A model generated the notes under the pieces. The model did not search any database. It was not told where the DNA came from and saw only the letters and a program-made list of their open reading frames with translations. From a virus, in the IMG/VR virus record IMGVR_UViG_3300012682_000002, positions 1 through 51,574 of that record: a stretch of DNA of 51,574 nt. The stretch is one strand, 5' to 3'. Made by a program: the position numbers and the translations under genes. Below, one piece after another: positions 9,145-18,695 of this stretch. Every line of letters starts with the position of its first letter. The first letter of the stretch is position 1.

Positions 9145-9356
9145 GCGTCCCCCTTGCCCGGCTGCCGCTTCGTGATTATGTAGCGATCCAGAATGTGGTA
9201 CACTCGCGTGATACCGCGTACCGACCAGGCCAATGCCTCTCGGTGACGATCGTCGTCTGCGTACTCCGGGAACTCCGCCACGAAACGCTCCATCGCTACC
9301 TTGACGACCTCGTTGATCTCGCTATAGCATCGCTGGCGGTCGGCGTCCGACATCAT
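9141..9356 (-). CDS. Hypothetical protein
   Basis: 71-aa ORF, overlap-coupled on both sides. Confidence 0.5.
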   Translation of the reverse strand: MMSDADRQRCYSEINEVVKVAMERFVAEFPEYADDDRHREALAWSVRGITRVYHILDRYIITKRQPGKGDA

Positions 9357-9907
9357 TGCGCCTCGTCCGCTGGCGGTATGACCACCTCCGCCATCTGCGT
9401 TACCTTCTGTTGCGTATCGATCACGCGCTCGTTCGTGTCGCTGGTCTTCTGGTCGATCACATCACGTAGGCTGTCCGTGCGGATCGCGTCGGCAACCGCC
9501 TTTCGGAGCATCGCGTCAAACTTATCGTTTGTCTGCGCGGTTGAGGTGGCGATCTTTTCGTTAACACGGTTGGCGACATCGTAGGCGGCTTTGGCGGCGG
9601 CTTTGACGGTACTTGCCTCCTCCTTGACGACCATCGCAAGATCAACTGCTGTCTCCAACGTGGTCTGCTTCACTTCGTCCGCTGTCTTCAACGTGGTCTG
9701 CCGCAACTCTTCCGCTTTGCGTCCGGTTTCGATGCGAAGTTCCTCTGCTTTCCTGACCACACTCGCGCTGAGGTCTTCGGCGATACGGCGCTGGTCCTCA
9801 ACCGCCCACTGTCGCTCGCGGCTCATCTTCCAGCCCATGAACACGAAGCCCGCTACGGTAGTGAGAAAGAGAAAGAGTTGCACCGCCAGCGATGCATCAC
9901 CCGTCAC
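9353..9907 (-). CDS. Membrane-anchored coiled-coil protein
   Basis: 184 aa. N-terminal TM (LAVQLFLFLTTVAGFVFMGW), then a charged helical region with internal repeats (KAEELRIETGRKAEELRQTTLKTADEVKQTTLETA). Confidence 0.55.
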   Translation of the reverse strand: MTGDASLAVQLFLFLTTVAGFVFMGWKMSRERQWAVEDQRRIAEDLSASVVRKAEELRIETGRKAEELRQTTLKTADEVKQTTLETAVDLAMVVKEEASTVKAAAKAAYDVANRVNEKIATSTAQTNDKFDAMLRKAVADAIRTDSLRDVIDQKTSDTNERVIDTQQKVTQMAEVVIPPADEAQ

Positions 9908-9934
9908 GATTGCCCCCTCATCCCTTCAGCGCCG

Positions 9935-10291
9935 TTACGCACAGCCGCGCGGCGTGCACGTCGGCGAGGGCGCAGGCGGATCGGGCGTCGGCGTGACGAC
10001 TGCACCGCCGCACCCGCGCGGCGTGCAGGTTGGAAAGGGCGCGGGTGGCGTCGGCTCGGATGCAGGCGGCGGCGGCGTGACGATCTCTCCGCCGCACCCA
10101 CGCGGCGTGCAGGTGGGGAAGGGGACGGGCGCAGGCGCCGGATCGGGCGCGGGCGGCTCCGGCGCGCAGCCACGCGGCGTACAGATCGTCGCGGCCGAGG
10201 CGCTCGGCGTGACGATCCCGTCTCCCCGTGTCACAACCGCCCCGATGAAAATGCCCGCCGCGACGAGCGACACAAGCATGAATTGACGCAT
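9935..10291 (-). CDS. Secreted Pro-rich protein with four CTPRGC repeats
   Basis: ORF 9935-10306 trimmed to ATG 10291, which follows GGGAGG. Signal-like MRQFMLVSLVAAGIFIGAVV. CTPRGC occurs four times, separated by Pro-rich spacers. Confidence 0.6.
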   Translation of the reverse strand: MRQFMLVSLVAAGIFIGAVVTRGDGIVTPSASAATICTPRGCAPEPPAPDPAPAPVPFPTCTPRGCGGEIVTPPPPASEPTPPAPFPTCTPRGCGGAVVTPTPDPPAPSPTCTPRGCA

Positions 10292-10309
10292 GACGAAACC
10301 TCCCATTAA

Positions 10310-11413
10310 CTAGGACCGCCCGGTGAGGACGGCGACGCGACTCTGAACGGCGGCGAGCGCGCCAATCACGCTCGCCTGTGTGGAAAGCGTCGGCGCGGGC
10401 GGCGCGGCGGACCGCGCCCCCGCCTGCCCGATCGCGGTAACGATGTCGAGGTCGGAAACCTCTTGCAGTTCAAGCGTGACGCTCTCGTCACGCTCGCTGT
10501 ACGTGCGGCCCAGCACGCGGCAGAGGGGCGCGCTACCGCCGATATCGAGGTAGGGCGCGACGATGCGTAGGAAGTCGCCCTCCCGGATCGTCGTCCACAG
10601 GCGCGGATCGAGTCGGCAACTGAGTCTGCCGGATGGCTGCCGCGCGACGAAGAGTCGCGCTTCGGCCGTACGCTGAAGCACATAAACGGAGCGGGTGGCG
10701 ACCGTGATCACCTCGCGCGTGCGCCAGAAGTTCGCGCCCGCGACCTCCCTGGCGCGAGCGACGTAGCGATCAGCGGCGTCCCCCACGGCGACCACCTCGG
10801 CCACCTGATCGGCGGCGCCACCGTCGCGGCGCACGTCCCAGACGCCGCCGCCGTCGACCACGGGCGCGTGGAACGTGCCCGTCACCGGCAACCAGGAAAC
10901 CTTGCCCGCGTCGATGCGCCACTCGCCGCCGCCCAGGCCGAGGAGGTCGTCGAGCACGGTGGCGAGCGACTTGCCCGCAAACGTGTAGGCGTCCACGATC
11001 GGCGCGCTCTCGGTGAACACGCCCGGTCGCAAGAGCGTGTCGGCGTCGCCGGCGATGGCGTCGTAGACCGCCATCCGCGCGAGCGTGCCGGCGGTAAGAC
11101 CGATATGCGTCGTCTGCAAGGAGACGCCCTGCCGCTCCGCCATCGCCGCCTCTTGAAGCGCGGTGAAGCTCGCCCCTTCCGCGTCCGGCTCGAATGATTG
11201 GCCGATCCCGGTCCACGTGCCGAGCGAGCCGCCGAGGATCTCGACCAGGAAGCCGCCGCGCGGATTGAGTGCCACGGCGCTGAAGGCGGGGTCATCGCGC
11301 CGCACCACGAGCGACGCCTCGCCCGTCTGGCGCGCGGCGGGCAGCCGCCAGGTCACGCTCGCCACCTCCGTTTCGGCGACGAGATCCCCGGTATGGCGGA
11401 AGCGCACCAGCAT
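10310..11413 (-). CDS. Tail tip/baseplate-hub-like protein
   Basis: 367-aa ORF, second gene downstream of the tape measure. Called from position and size. Confidence 0.5.
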   Translation of the reverse strand: MLVRFRHTGDLVAETEVASVTWRLPAARQTGEASLVVRRDDPAFSAVALNPRGGFLVEILGGSLGTWTGIGQSFEPDAEGASFTALQEAAMAERQGVSLQTTHIGLTAGTLARMAVYDAIAGDADTLLRPGVFTESAPIVDAYTFAGKSLATVLDDLLGLGGGEWRIDAGKVSWLPVTGTFHAPVVDGGGVWDVRRDGGAADQVAEVVAVGDAADRYVARAREVAGANFWRTREVITVATRSVYVLQRTAEARLFVARQPSGRLSCRLDPRLWTTIREGDFLRIVAPYLDIGGSAPLCRVLGRTYSERDESVTLELQEVSDLDIVTAIGQAGARSAAPPAPTLSTQASVIGALAAVQSRVAVLTGRS

Positions 11414-11422
11414 CGCTACCCC

Positions 11423-13060
11423 CTACGCCGCGTAGCGATTGCGGAACGAAAAAGAGGTCGCGCCGCCGGTCATCTCGGTCCAGGCGTTGCTCCCGTAGTT
11501 GAGCGGGAAGAGGCTATCCGGGTCGGAAAATGACGGCATCCCGTAAAGCGGCGTGCCGTCGCTCGTGCGGATCGGCTCGGCGGTGACGGGGAGCGTCGTG
11601 TCGATCGTGAGCGTCGCGGTCGCGTCGAGGTAGGTAGGCGGGAAAGTGATCGTCGCGCCCGTGGTCGTATTCGTGAGGGAGCCGCTCAGCTTCCGCGCCG
11701 CCACGGCCGCAGCCATGCTCACGGTGGGGCCGCCGACCATCGTCAGGCGCGCGGGCGTCGTCGCCGCCTGGGTACTGACGCGCATCGACCCCATCGCGTC
11801 AGCGCCAAACGGCTCCAGGACCAGCGCCAGGGCGATCGCGCCGGGGATGCTCGACGGCATGGTCAGCACCGAGCTGGTGGTGTTCACCGATTGATGCAAA
11901 ATCCAGGTCGGACTCGATCGTGTGCGGTAGTAGAGACAGACGCGTGAGTTGATCTGTGTCCCCATACCACCGCCGAGCGGCTGGGCGGTGGAGATCATCA
12001 CGTCGATGCCGGTGAGCGCATTGGTCGTGGCCGCCTCGGCGGGTAGCACGAGGATGAGCGCATCGGCATCCTCGCGCAGCGTGCGGTCGGCGCGCACCTC
12101 GAATACGATCAGCGTCGAACTCCACTCTTTGATTCCAAACGACACGCCGTTGTACTGCGGGCCGAGCACGCCCAACCGCCAGACGCCGGTGGCGTCCGCG
12201 AACGTCGGCGCGGCCCAGGAGTCCCACACGAGGACGGTGTTGGAAAAGGTCGCGTGGGTAACGGCGATGCCGCCCAGCTCAAGCAGTTGGACGAAGGGGT
12301 TGACATCCACCCCGGCCCCGAACCAGATATCGACGGCGGCCGAGCCGAATCCGGTCGCGGGCACGTTGAGGCGCACATCGATCGTCGTCGCCGCGCCATT
12401 GACGTTCCGGGCGTAGTAGGGGACACTCCGCCCGTTCACGACCACCAAGAAGCGATTGGTGTCGGTAGAGATGAGACCGACCCCCGTGCTGTCGAAAGTC
12501 AGTCTAACGATCGTGTCCGCGAAGCCGTAGGCGAGGGTGTCGCTCACGGTGGCGCGGATGCGTTTTACATTGGTCGATGCCGCCGGCGTGATCGTGAGCG
12601 TCGGTTGCGCCGTGACGCCGGGCGTACCGGCCACGCTGAGCGGCGAGACGCTATCGACGGTCGCGGACTGCGCCTCCCAGTAGGTGTCGTGGAGGAGGAA
12701 AGACCCCTCGAAAGCGTGCCCACCGGAGACCAGTTCGAGCGTGATCACGTCGGCGGCGATCTGGATGGCGGTGCTGCCGTCATCGTGCACCGCCTGGAGC
12801 GTGCGCTTCCCTGCCAGCGGACGAAAGTGCTGGTTGACCGTAGGCACGAACGTCGTCAGCGCCGTCCCGGAAACCGGCTCGATGCGGAACGGGATGATCC
12901 GCACCGTCGGGGCGCGGCGAGTGACAACGGGAGCGGCGCGGCGACGGGGGCGAGTCTCGTAGTCGAGCGAGATCGCCCCGGCGGAGGCGTCGCCGTCCTG
13001 GTAGCAAAAATAGACGGAGGTGCCGCCGATGGCGTTGCCGTCAAACGTAGTGAAGCGCAT
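11423..13060 (-). CDS. Distal-tail-protein-position structural protein
   Basis: 545-aa ORF. Its start is adjacent to the tape-measure stop (13060/13061). Confidence 0.5.
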   Translation of the reverse strand: MRFTTFDGNAIGGTSVYFCYQDGDASAGAISLDYETRPRRRAAPVVTRRAPTVRIIPFRIEPVSGTALTTFVPTVNQHFRPLAGKRTLQAVHDDGSTAIQIAADVITLELVSGGHAFEGSFLLHDTYWEAQSATVDSVSPLSVAGTPGVTAQPTLTITPAASTNVKRIRATVSDTLAYGFADTIVRLTFDSTGVGLISTDTNRFLVVVNGRSVPYYARNVNGAATTIDVRLNVPATGFGSAAVDIWFGAGVDVNPFVQLLELGGIAVTHATFSNTVLVWDSWAAPTFADATGVWRLGVLGPQYNGVSFGIKEWSSTLIVFEVRADRTLREDADALILVLPAEAATTNALTGIDVMISTAQPLGGGMGTQINSRVCLYYRTRSSPTWILHQSVNTTSSVLTMPSSIPGAIALALVLEPFGADAMGSMRVSTQAATTPARLTMVGGPTVSMAAAVAARKLSGSLTNTTTGATITFPPTYLDATATLTIDTTLPVTAEPIRTSDGTPLYGMPSFSDPDSLFPLNYGSNAWTEMTGGATSFSFRNRYAA

Positions 13061-16000
13061 CTACGAGCCTCCCCCGCGCATGACCTGCAACTTGCCGTCA
13101 AGGAACTGGATGATCACCTCGCCGATCTTCTGCTTGTCGATCTCCAGGATGATCGGCTGAGCGTAGACGCGGGCATCGGTCTCGAGGCCCGCGCTGCTAG
13201 AGCCGTTCGTCTGCAATCCGAGGCGACGCTGCTTCGCGTTGCGCGCCGTTTCGTCGTCTTTCGCCTTCTGCTTAGCCTCGCGCTCCGCATCCTCGGCGGC
13301 ACGGCGTGCGTCCTCCTCCCGTCGGCGATTAGCCTCGCGCAGGTCGTCCTCGGCGCGGCGTTGCTCTTCCTCGCGTACAAACTGCAACCGATCGTTGTTC
13401 TGCTTCTGATCAAGGGCGTCGCGCCACAGCTCGGCCATGACCTGCCCTTGCTCTCGTGCCTCTTTCATCGCCTCGCCATTGACCCTAGCAAGTTCGCGAT
13501 AATTGACCATGAACTGATCCATCACCGCATCGGTACGCCGACTGAACTCAGCGGCGTCGATCGTTTCCCCGCTGCGCGTTTGGATTTGGTTGCTCGTCGC
13601 ATTGCCGGAGCGGTCGTAGAACTGCGAATGGCCGGTCACATAACCGGCGGCATTGTTGCGCAGCACGCCGCCTTGGATCGCGGCGTCGTAGGCACGCTGA
13701 GCGGCGAGTGTTTGCGCGGCAGCGACATTTGTCTCCAGGTAGAGATCGGCAAGCTCGCCCGCCTTGTCCGCGACGTAGTTGTACTGCGCTACCTCGCGCT
13801 CCTGCGCTTTGGTTCGGAAGCTGTTTTCATACGCTTCGATGCGTTCGCGGCGTTGGGCCGTCTTCGCCTGCTGCGCCTTGCCGCCATCGCCGACTGATGC
13901 TAATCCCGCCGCCGCTGCCCCCGCCGCCGCCGCCACGCTGCCGAGCGCCCCCGCCGCCTGCCCGCTTCCTGTCGACAGCGCGCGCGCGTTCACCTCGGCC
14001 TGCGTGAGGGCCGTGTTCGCGGCGGCGGTGGATGAGTCGAGTACGCTGGTAACATTTGCCAAACCAATCTGGACGCTAGTCAGACCACCGACGCTATCTC
14101 GCAGGTCGTAAGCACTGTTGGTCAATTGATCTAGCGCGGCGGCGGCGCCTCTGATCTGCCCACCAACGGACGCTGCCGCCTGAGTACCAGCCCCCTTGCC
14201 TGTGCTGACTGTATCAAGGGCGCTTACAGTCCCACCGGCGTAGGCAGTCAGCCCTTCAAGCTGTTTGATCCACTGCGCGGAAAGGGCGTGCGAAAAAACT
14301 TCCGTACCACGCGGTAGCTTGACGATCTCTGGGCCAAGCTCGCCAACGAGAGAAAGCCCGCCTTTTGTGACACCGCCTCGCGCGAAGGGTACTGGCGCAT
14401 CGGTATCCATCCTGTTCTGGATCCGGAAAACGGCGCGCATTCGTTCGAGATAAGCAGGATCACCCTCGTTGGGACCGCGATCGGCGTTCGCACCCGCCGC
14501 CTCAACCTGCATCCGGGCCGCTTCGATCTGGCTCTGCGACGCGGTCTCCTGGGTGTTCGAGGCGACGGTCTGCTGACCGGCGCTCTCCGCGATGGCGGCA
14601 GCGTTGTTGGCAAGCGCGGCGCTGGCTTCTTCGAAGATGCCGACCGATCCGCCGAAGTCCTGGGTGGCGAGGTCGAGCGCTGCCGTTTGCACGGCGAAGT
14701 CGCTGGCGGCCGTATCGAAGATCAGGCCGGCGGCGATCTGTTGCGTAGCCGCTTCCCCCTCCTGCACGGCGACGCTCTCCAAGACGGCAGCGGCGCGCGA
14801 GTTCACCGTAGCCGTGTCGCCTTCCTGTGCCGCCACACTCCCCAGAGTGGCGGCAGCAAGGGCGTTGACCGTGGCCGCGTCCCCTTCCTGAAGAGCAACG
14901 CTCCCCAGGGCAGCCGCAGCCAGGGCGTTGACCATGGCCGTATCACCCTCTTGTATCGCCACACTCCCCAGGGCGGTAGCGGCGAGTGCATTCGCTGCGG
15001 CCGTGCCGCTTTCCTGCATGGCGACATTTTCCAGAGCAGCGGCGGCGAGCGAGTTTACTGTAGCCGCCCCCCCTTCCTGTATCGCCACATTCGAAAGTTG
15101 GGTGGCAGCAAGGGCGTTGACCGTGGCTGTGTCGTTACTCTGGACGGCAACGCCCCCCAGGGTAGTAGCGGCGACCCCAATCGCCGCGCCGCCCGCCGCA
15201 ATCTGCTCCGGGCCGCGCCCTAAGCCCTTATCAAACCCCGTTGAGCCGTAGAGGCTAGAGTCGGTGGCGATCGTGGTGCGGCGACCGGGGTCGAGCCGGT
15301 TGGCATCACTGAGTATCGCCAGCAGCTCATCGGCGCGTGCGCCAGAGTTGGCGATGTGGATATTCGCCGCGTCCATGCTCCTGATGTTGCGTATGAGATA
15401 ATCAGCCTGGTCGGGATCAAGTCGCGCGATCACGTCGCGGGCTTGCACGGCGGAGCGTTGGTTGGTGAGCGTCCCGATCATTTGCTCGGTGTCGTTGAGA
15501 GACTGAAGGCTTTCCTTACTCAAATTTTCGAAGAGTTCGCCAATCTGCGCCGGCGAGCGGTTATTGGCACCCATGTTCGCCATCATCCAGGAGGGACCGC
15601 CGTAGAAAGGGCCGATCTGACCGTGCTCGTCGTCCTGAAGCATGGACCTGGTCAGTCCGGTGACGCCGCGCGTGTTGTACTCGGTGGTCGCCACCGTCTT
15701 GACGTCCCTATCGCCCGGTCCCTTGCGCGTCTCCGTCCGCGCGAGCGTCCACGGCTTCGCTGAGGAAAGTCCGGTGACCGCGCCGCTGCCGGCGTTAAGG
15801 ATGCCGATCGCACCCCCGGCGAGCTGGCCAGCGGCACTGTTGACCGCGCCGCTCATGCTGCCGATGCCCGCGGCGAAGCCGGTACCGTAGTCCTTGCCGG
15901 AGGCGATGGTGTCAGGCCACGGCGACCGACCGAACGTCTTGATCTTGTCGACCGCGGCTTGGGCGAGTTCACCCGCTTTGCTGATCACGTCACCGAGCTT

Positions 16001-17854
16001 GCCGCTCATGCCGTTGATGAAGCCTTGGATGAGGTCGCGACCCAGATCAACAAGTGCAGTCTTCGCCCACGGGATCGCCGTGCCGGTGAGCCACCGTTCG
16101 ATGCTGTCTTGGATACCTCGAAGCGCCCCCGGTAGCTTTGGCACTACCTCTTTCCCCACCCATTCCACGAATGCCAAACCCCATTCGGCGAGCTTGGCAA
16201 CGATCATGGGCAACGCCTCCGTGAGCATCCACTGGCCCATCGAGGACATAAGTGCGTTTAGCGCGGCGATGATCGTCGGGGTGCGCGGCTCAATCCATTC
16301 GATCAACGCCACGCCCCACTCGGCAAGCTGGGCCGTAATCGCTGGGAGTGCCGTATTCAGCATGTAACCAAGCATCTCGCTTTGGAGCGCGCGCAGATTT
16401 TCCAGCAGGCCCGGCACTTGCGGCAGAATCCAGTCGACCAGCGCACCTTCCCACGTCGCCAGTGTTTCAATGATCGCGGGCAGCGCCGTCCCGACCGCCC
16501 ATTCCGTGAAGGCGCCGAGAAACGCAATCGCCTTCTCGGTCATCGGACCGATGCGCGGCTCGATCCAATCGACCAGCGCCGCGCCCCACTCTTCTACCTT
16601 TGTCATGATGGTGCCGCCGAATTCCTCGATCTTGTCGAGGAAGGGCTGAAAGTCACCGCTTGCGAGCGCGGTCCCAAGCGCGTCAGAGAAGCCAGATATT
16701 CCCGCGATCAGATCGGGGCCGAAGGCATTGAGAAGATCAGTCGCGCCCGTGACAAGATCGGCGAGCACGGGCAGAAACACCGTACCGACGCCGATAGCAA
16801 CCGTCTCAAGAGAGCCTTTCAGCTGCTCCATTGCACCGTTCAGCCCGTCCATTCTTCGGGAACTTTGCTCAGCTGCGTCGGGCACAGCCTCCATCGCTGA
16901 TGTATATTGTTCCCACCCGTTTTTACCGTCAGCAGTGACGGTATTCTGCGCCGAAAGAAGGGCATTGAAGGCGCGCACACCATCGCTACCGAACAGCGTT
17001 TCGGCGGCATTTGCCCGCTGCTCTTCGGTCAATCCCGCGAATCCTTGCTGGAGGCTGGCAAGTATCTCCGGGAAAGAGCGGAAGTTTCCTTGCGCGTCAA
17101 ACACCTGGATGCCGAGTTCGCGCATCGTGGCCGTGGCTTCTTTGCTCGTCGGGGTAAGGCCGGCGATCATCGCTTTGAAAGACGTTCCGGCATCCGACGA
17201 CTTGAGACCCTGGTTGCCCATGATGCCAATCGCGGTAGCGAACTCATTAATATCCAGGCCCGCCGACTGCGCCACCAGCCCGCCGGCACTCATGCTCATC
17301 GCGAGGTCTTCGACACTGATGGAAGATGCGCCGGCGGCGCGAACAAGCGTATCGGCAACCGCCGTGGCATCACTCGCGCCGAGCTTGAAGACGTTGAGCG
17401 AATCGGAGAGCAGGGTCGCCATCGAGCCAACGCTGGTTCCGGTCGCCTCGGCAAGCTGTACCGTCGTGCGGCCGACGCCGCCGACAATGTCCGTTACTGA
17501 CACACCAGCGCGCGCCAAATCTCCGAAAGCTGAAACCGCCTCCGACGCTGACTTACTGGTGTCGCGTCCGACTGCTAGCGCCTCAGTACGAAGCAGTACC
17601 ATGTCCTGCGTCGTTGCGCCGGTCGCTGCTGATACGGCTCCAAGTGCACCCTCGAAGTCGGCGGCAACTTTGATGCTTGCGCCAAGCCCGCCCGCCAATG
17701 CCAAGCCGCCCGTAGCGGCCCCCGCCGCGGCAAGCACGCCAAACTTAGACGCAGCGCCGCTGATCTTGCCTGACAGATCATCAAGTTCCCGTGATGTATC
17801 CTTTGCGCCCTTCGCCTCGACCAACACCTGAAGGTGAGCAGCAGTGATCGCCAT
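13061..17854 (-). CDS. Tail tape measure protein
   Basis: 1597 aa, Ala/Gly-rich helical. N-terminal region has TP901-type TMP character. Contains W-x-x-ALVDWI ~45-aa repeats and 20-aa tandem repeats. Follows the G/T chaperone pair. Confidence 0.9.
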   Translation of the reverse strand: MAITAAHLQVLVEAKGAKDTSRELDDLSGKISGAASKFGVLAAAGAATGGLALAGGLGASIKVAADFEGALGAVSAATGATTQDMVLLRTEALAVGRDTSKSASEAVSAFGDLARAGVSVTDIVGGVGRTTVQLAEATGTSVGSMATLLSDSLNVFKLGASDATAVADTLVRAAGASSISVEDLAMSMSAGGLVAQSAGLDINEFATAIGIMGNQGLKSSDAGTSFKAMIAGLTPTSKEATATMRELGIQVFDAQGNFRSFPEILASLQQGFAGLTEEQRANAAETLFGSDGVRAFNALLSAQNTVTADGKNGWEQYTSAMEAVPDAAEQSSRRMDGLNGAMEQLKGSLETVAIGVGTVFLPVLADLVTGATDLLNAFGPDLIAGISGFSDALGTALASGDFQPFLDKIEEFGGTIMTKVEEWGAALVDWIEPRIGPMTEKAIAFLGAFTEWAVGTALPAIIETLATWEGALVDWILPQVPGLLENLRALQSEMLGYMLNTALPAITAQLAEWGVALIEWIEPRTPTIIAALNALMSSMGQWMLTEALPMIVAKLAEWGLAFVEWVGKEVVPKLPGALRGIQDSIERWLTGTAIPWAKTALVDLGRDLIQGFINGMSGKLGDVISKAGELAQAAVDKIKTFGRSPWPDTIASGKDYGTGFAAGIGSMSGAVNSAAGQLAGGAIGILNAGSGAVTGLSSAKPWTLARTETRKGPGDRDVKTVATTEYNTRGVTGLTRSMLQDDEHGQIGPFYGGPSWMMANMGANNRSPAQIGELFENLSKESLQSLNDTEQMIGTLTNQRSAVQARDVIARLDPDQADYLIRNIRSMDAANIHIANSGARADELLAILSDANRLDPGRRTTIATDSSLYGSTGFDKGLGRGPEQIAAGGAAIGVAATTLGGVAVQSNDTATVNALAATQLSNVAIQEGGAATVNSLAAAALENVAMQESGTAAANALAATALGSVAIQEGDTAMVNALAAAALGSVALQEGDAATVNALAAATLGSVAAQEGDTATVNSRAAAVLESVAVQEGEAATQQIAAGLIFDTAASDFAVQTAALDLATQDFGGSVGIFEEASAALANNAAAIAESAGQQTVASNTQETASQSQIEAARMQVEAAGANADRGPNEGDPAYLERMRAVFRIQNRMDTDAPVPFARGGVTKGGLSLVGELGPEIVKLPRGTEVFSHALSAQWIKQLEGLTAYAGGTVSALDTVSTGKGAGTQAAASVGGQIRGAAAALDQLTNSAYDLRDSVGGLTSVQIGLANVTSVLDSSTAAANTALTQAEVNARALSTGSGQAAGALGSVAAAAGAAAAGLASVGDGGKAQQAKTAQRRERIEAYENSFRTKAQEREVAQYNYVADKAGELADLYLETNVAAAQTLAAQRAYDAAIQGGVLRNNAAGYVTGHSQFYDRSGNATSNQIQTRSGETIDAAEFSRRTDAVMDQFMVNYRELARVNGEAMKEAREQGQVMAELWRDALDQKQNNDRLQFVREEEQRRAEDDLREANRRREEDARRAAEDAEREAKQKAKDDETARNAKQRRLGLQTNGSSSAGLETDARVYAQPIILEIDKQKIGEVIIQFLDGKLQVMRGGGS
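14750..15170 (-). repeat. In-frame tandem repeats (about 7 x 60 nt) inside the tape measure gene
   Basis: Encodes TATVNALAA(A/T)xLxSVAxQEGD-type 20-aa units, repeated about seven times. Confidence 0.8.
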
Positions 17855-17886
17855 AGCTACTGCTCTCCTTTCCAGGCATAGGAAAG

Positions 17887-17909
17887 GGCCGGTCCATTAC
17901 GGACCGGCC
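17887..17909 (-). terminator. Hairpin terminator candidate after the zinc-ribbon moron
   Basis: ggccggtcc (17887-17895) pairs with ggaccggcc (17901-17909), 5-nt loop. On the minus strand it is followed by CTTTCCT. Confidence 0.45.
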
Positions 17910-17937
17910 TTACTCGCTGGCATATTGATGGGTCTGG

Positions 17938-18300
17938 CTACTTCTGTTCGTGTACTTGGCCGCGTTCATCGACGCGAAGATACATTTGCGTGTCCCGCTT
18001 CACACCGAAGTGGTAGACGAGATACAACACGCCGGGAAGGACGGCAAGGAGGAGCCAGAGTAGGAACCACATGATCGAAAACCGCTTCGGCTTGATCAGT
18101 TGGGCCGTATCATCCGTCTCTGAGACGACCCGCCAACCCTTGCCCGTATAGCGATTGATCGCCCCCTGAAGCGCCGCGCGCCGGTTCACGACCGGCGCCG
18201 GAGGCGAGGTGCCGTGTTCATGCCCACATGCAGAACAGAACGGCACGCCCGCCATCTGAGGAACCCCACACGCCGTACAGAATGGCGTCGCTGCCGTCAT
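17938..18300 (-). CDS. Double zinc-ribbon membrane protein (moron between chaperone and tape measure)
   Basis: ORF 17938-18423 trimmed to ATG 18300, which follows AAGGGGG. CTACG..CSACG ribbons. C-terminal TM IMWFLLWLLLAVLPGVLYLVY. Confidence 0.6.
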   Translation of the reverse strand: MTAATPFCTACGVPQMAGVPFCSACGHEHGTSPPAPVVNRRAALQGAINRYTGKGWRVVSETDDTAQLIKPKRFSIMWFLLWLLLAVLPGVLYLVYHFGVKRDTQMYLRVDERGQVHEQK

Positions 18301-18326
18301 GACTGACCCCCTTCGCGTAGTGAGGG

Positions 18327-18695
18327 CTAGTCTACCGCCTTCTCCGCGTTGCCGCGCGGAGGGGCAGAAACGTCCGCATCGACCACCCCCGGCGCCGCCT
18401 TGCGCGCGTCGTACTCCGCCCACCTTCCCGCCATCTTCGCCGCTTTGCGCTCCTTCGCCGCTTGCTTCTCAAGCTGCGCCCGAATGATCGGCTCGGCCTC
18501 GGCTTCCTCATTGATCGCCACGACCATGCGGTCAATCCAGTAGGACGGCCCGTCGTCAACGACCCAGGGCAGCGCGTGGAAGCGTTCCGCTAGTTGGAGA
18601 ATGAAGTACCAGTCGGGAGGGCTTGCGGCTTGGCCGCCGTCGCGGACCCCTCGATCACGTTGTAGCCACGCGCGGAGGTCGGCGACTTCTTGGGG
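18327..18695 (-). CDS. -1 frameshift extension of the tail assembly chaperone (gpT-like part of the G-T fusion)
   Basis: ORF 18327-18818 lies in the -1 frame relative to 18590-19072 (offset 254 nt, which is 2 mod 3). Candidate slip site CCCCAAG at 18689-18695. Confidence 0.55.
   Translation of the reverse strand, partial: PQEVADLRAWLQRDRGVRDGGQAASPPDWYFILQLAERFHALPWVVDDGPSYWIDRMVVAINEEAEAEPIIRAQLEKQAAKERKAAKMAGRWAEYDARKAAPGVVDADVSAPPRGNAEKAVD

Noticed and set aside
14750-15170. 60-nt periodic repeats that could suggest a CRISPR-like array
   Set aside because: They are in frame within the tape measure ORF, they are imperfect, and they have no unique spacers. They are coding repeats.
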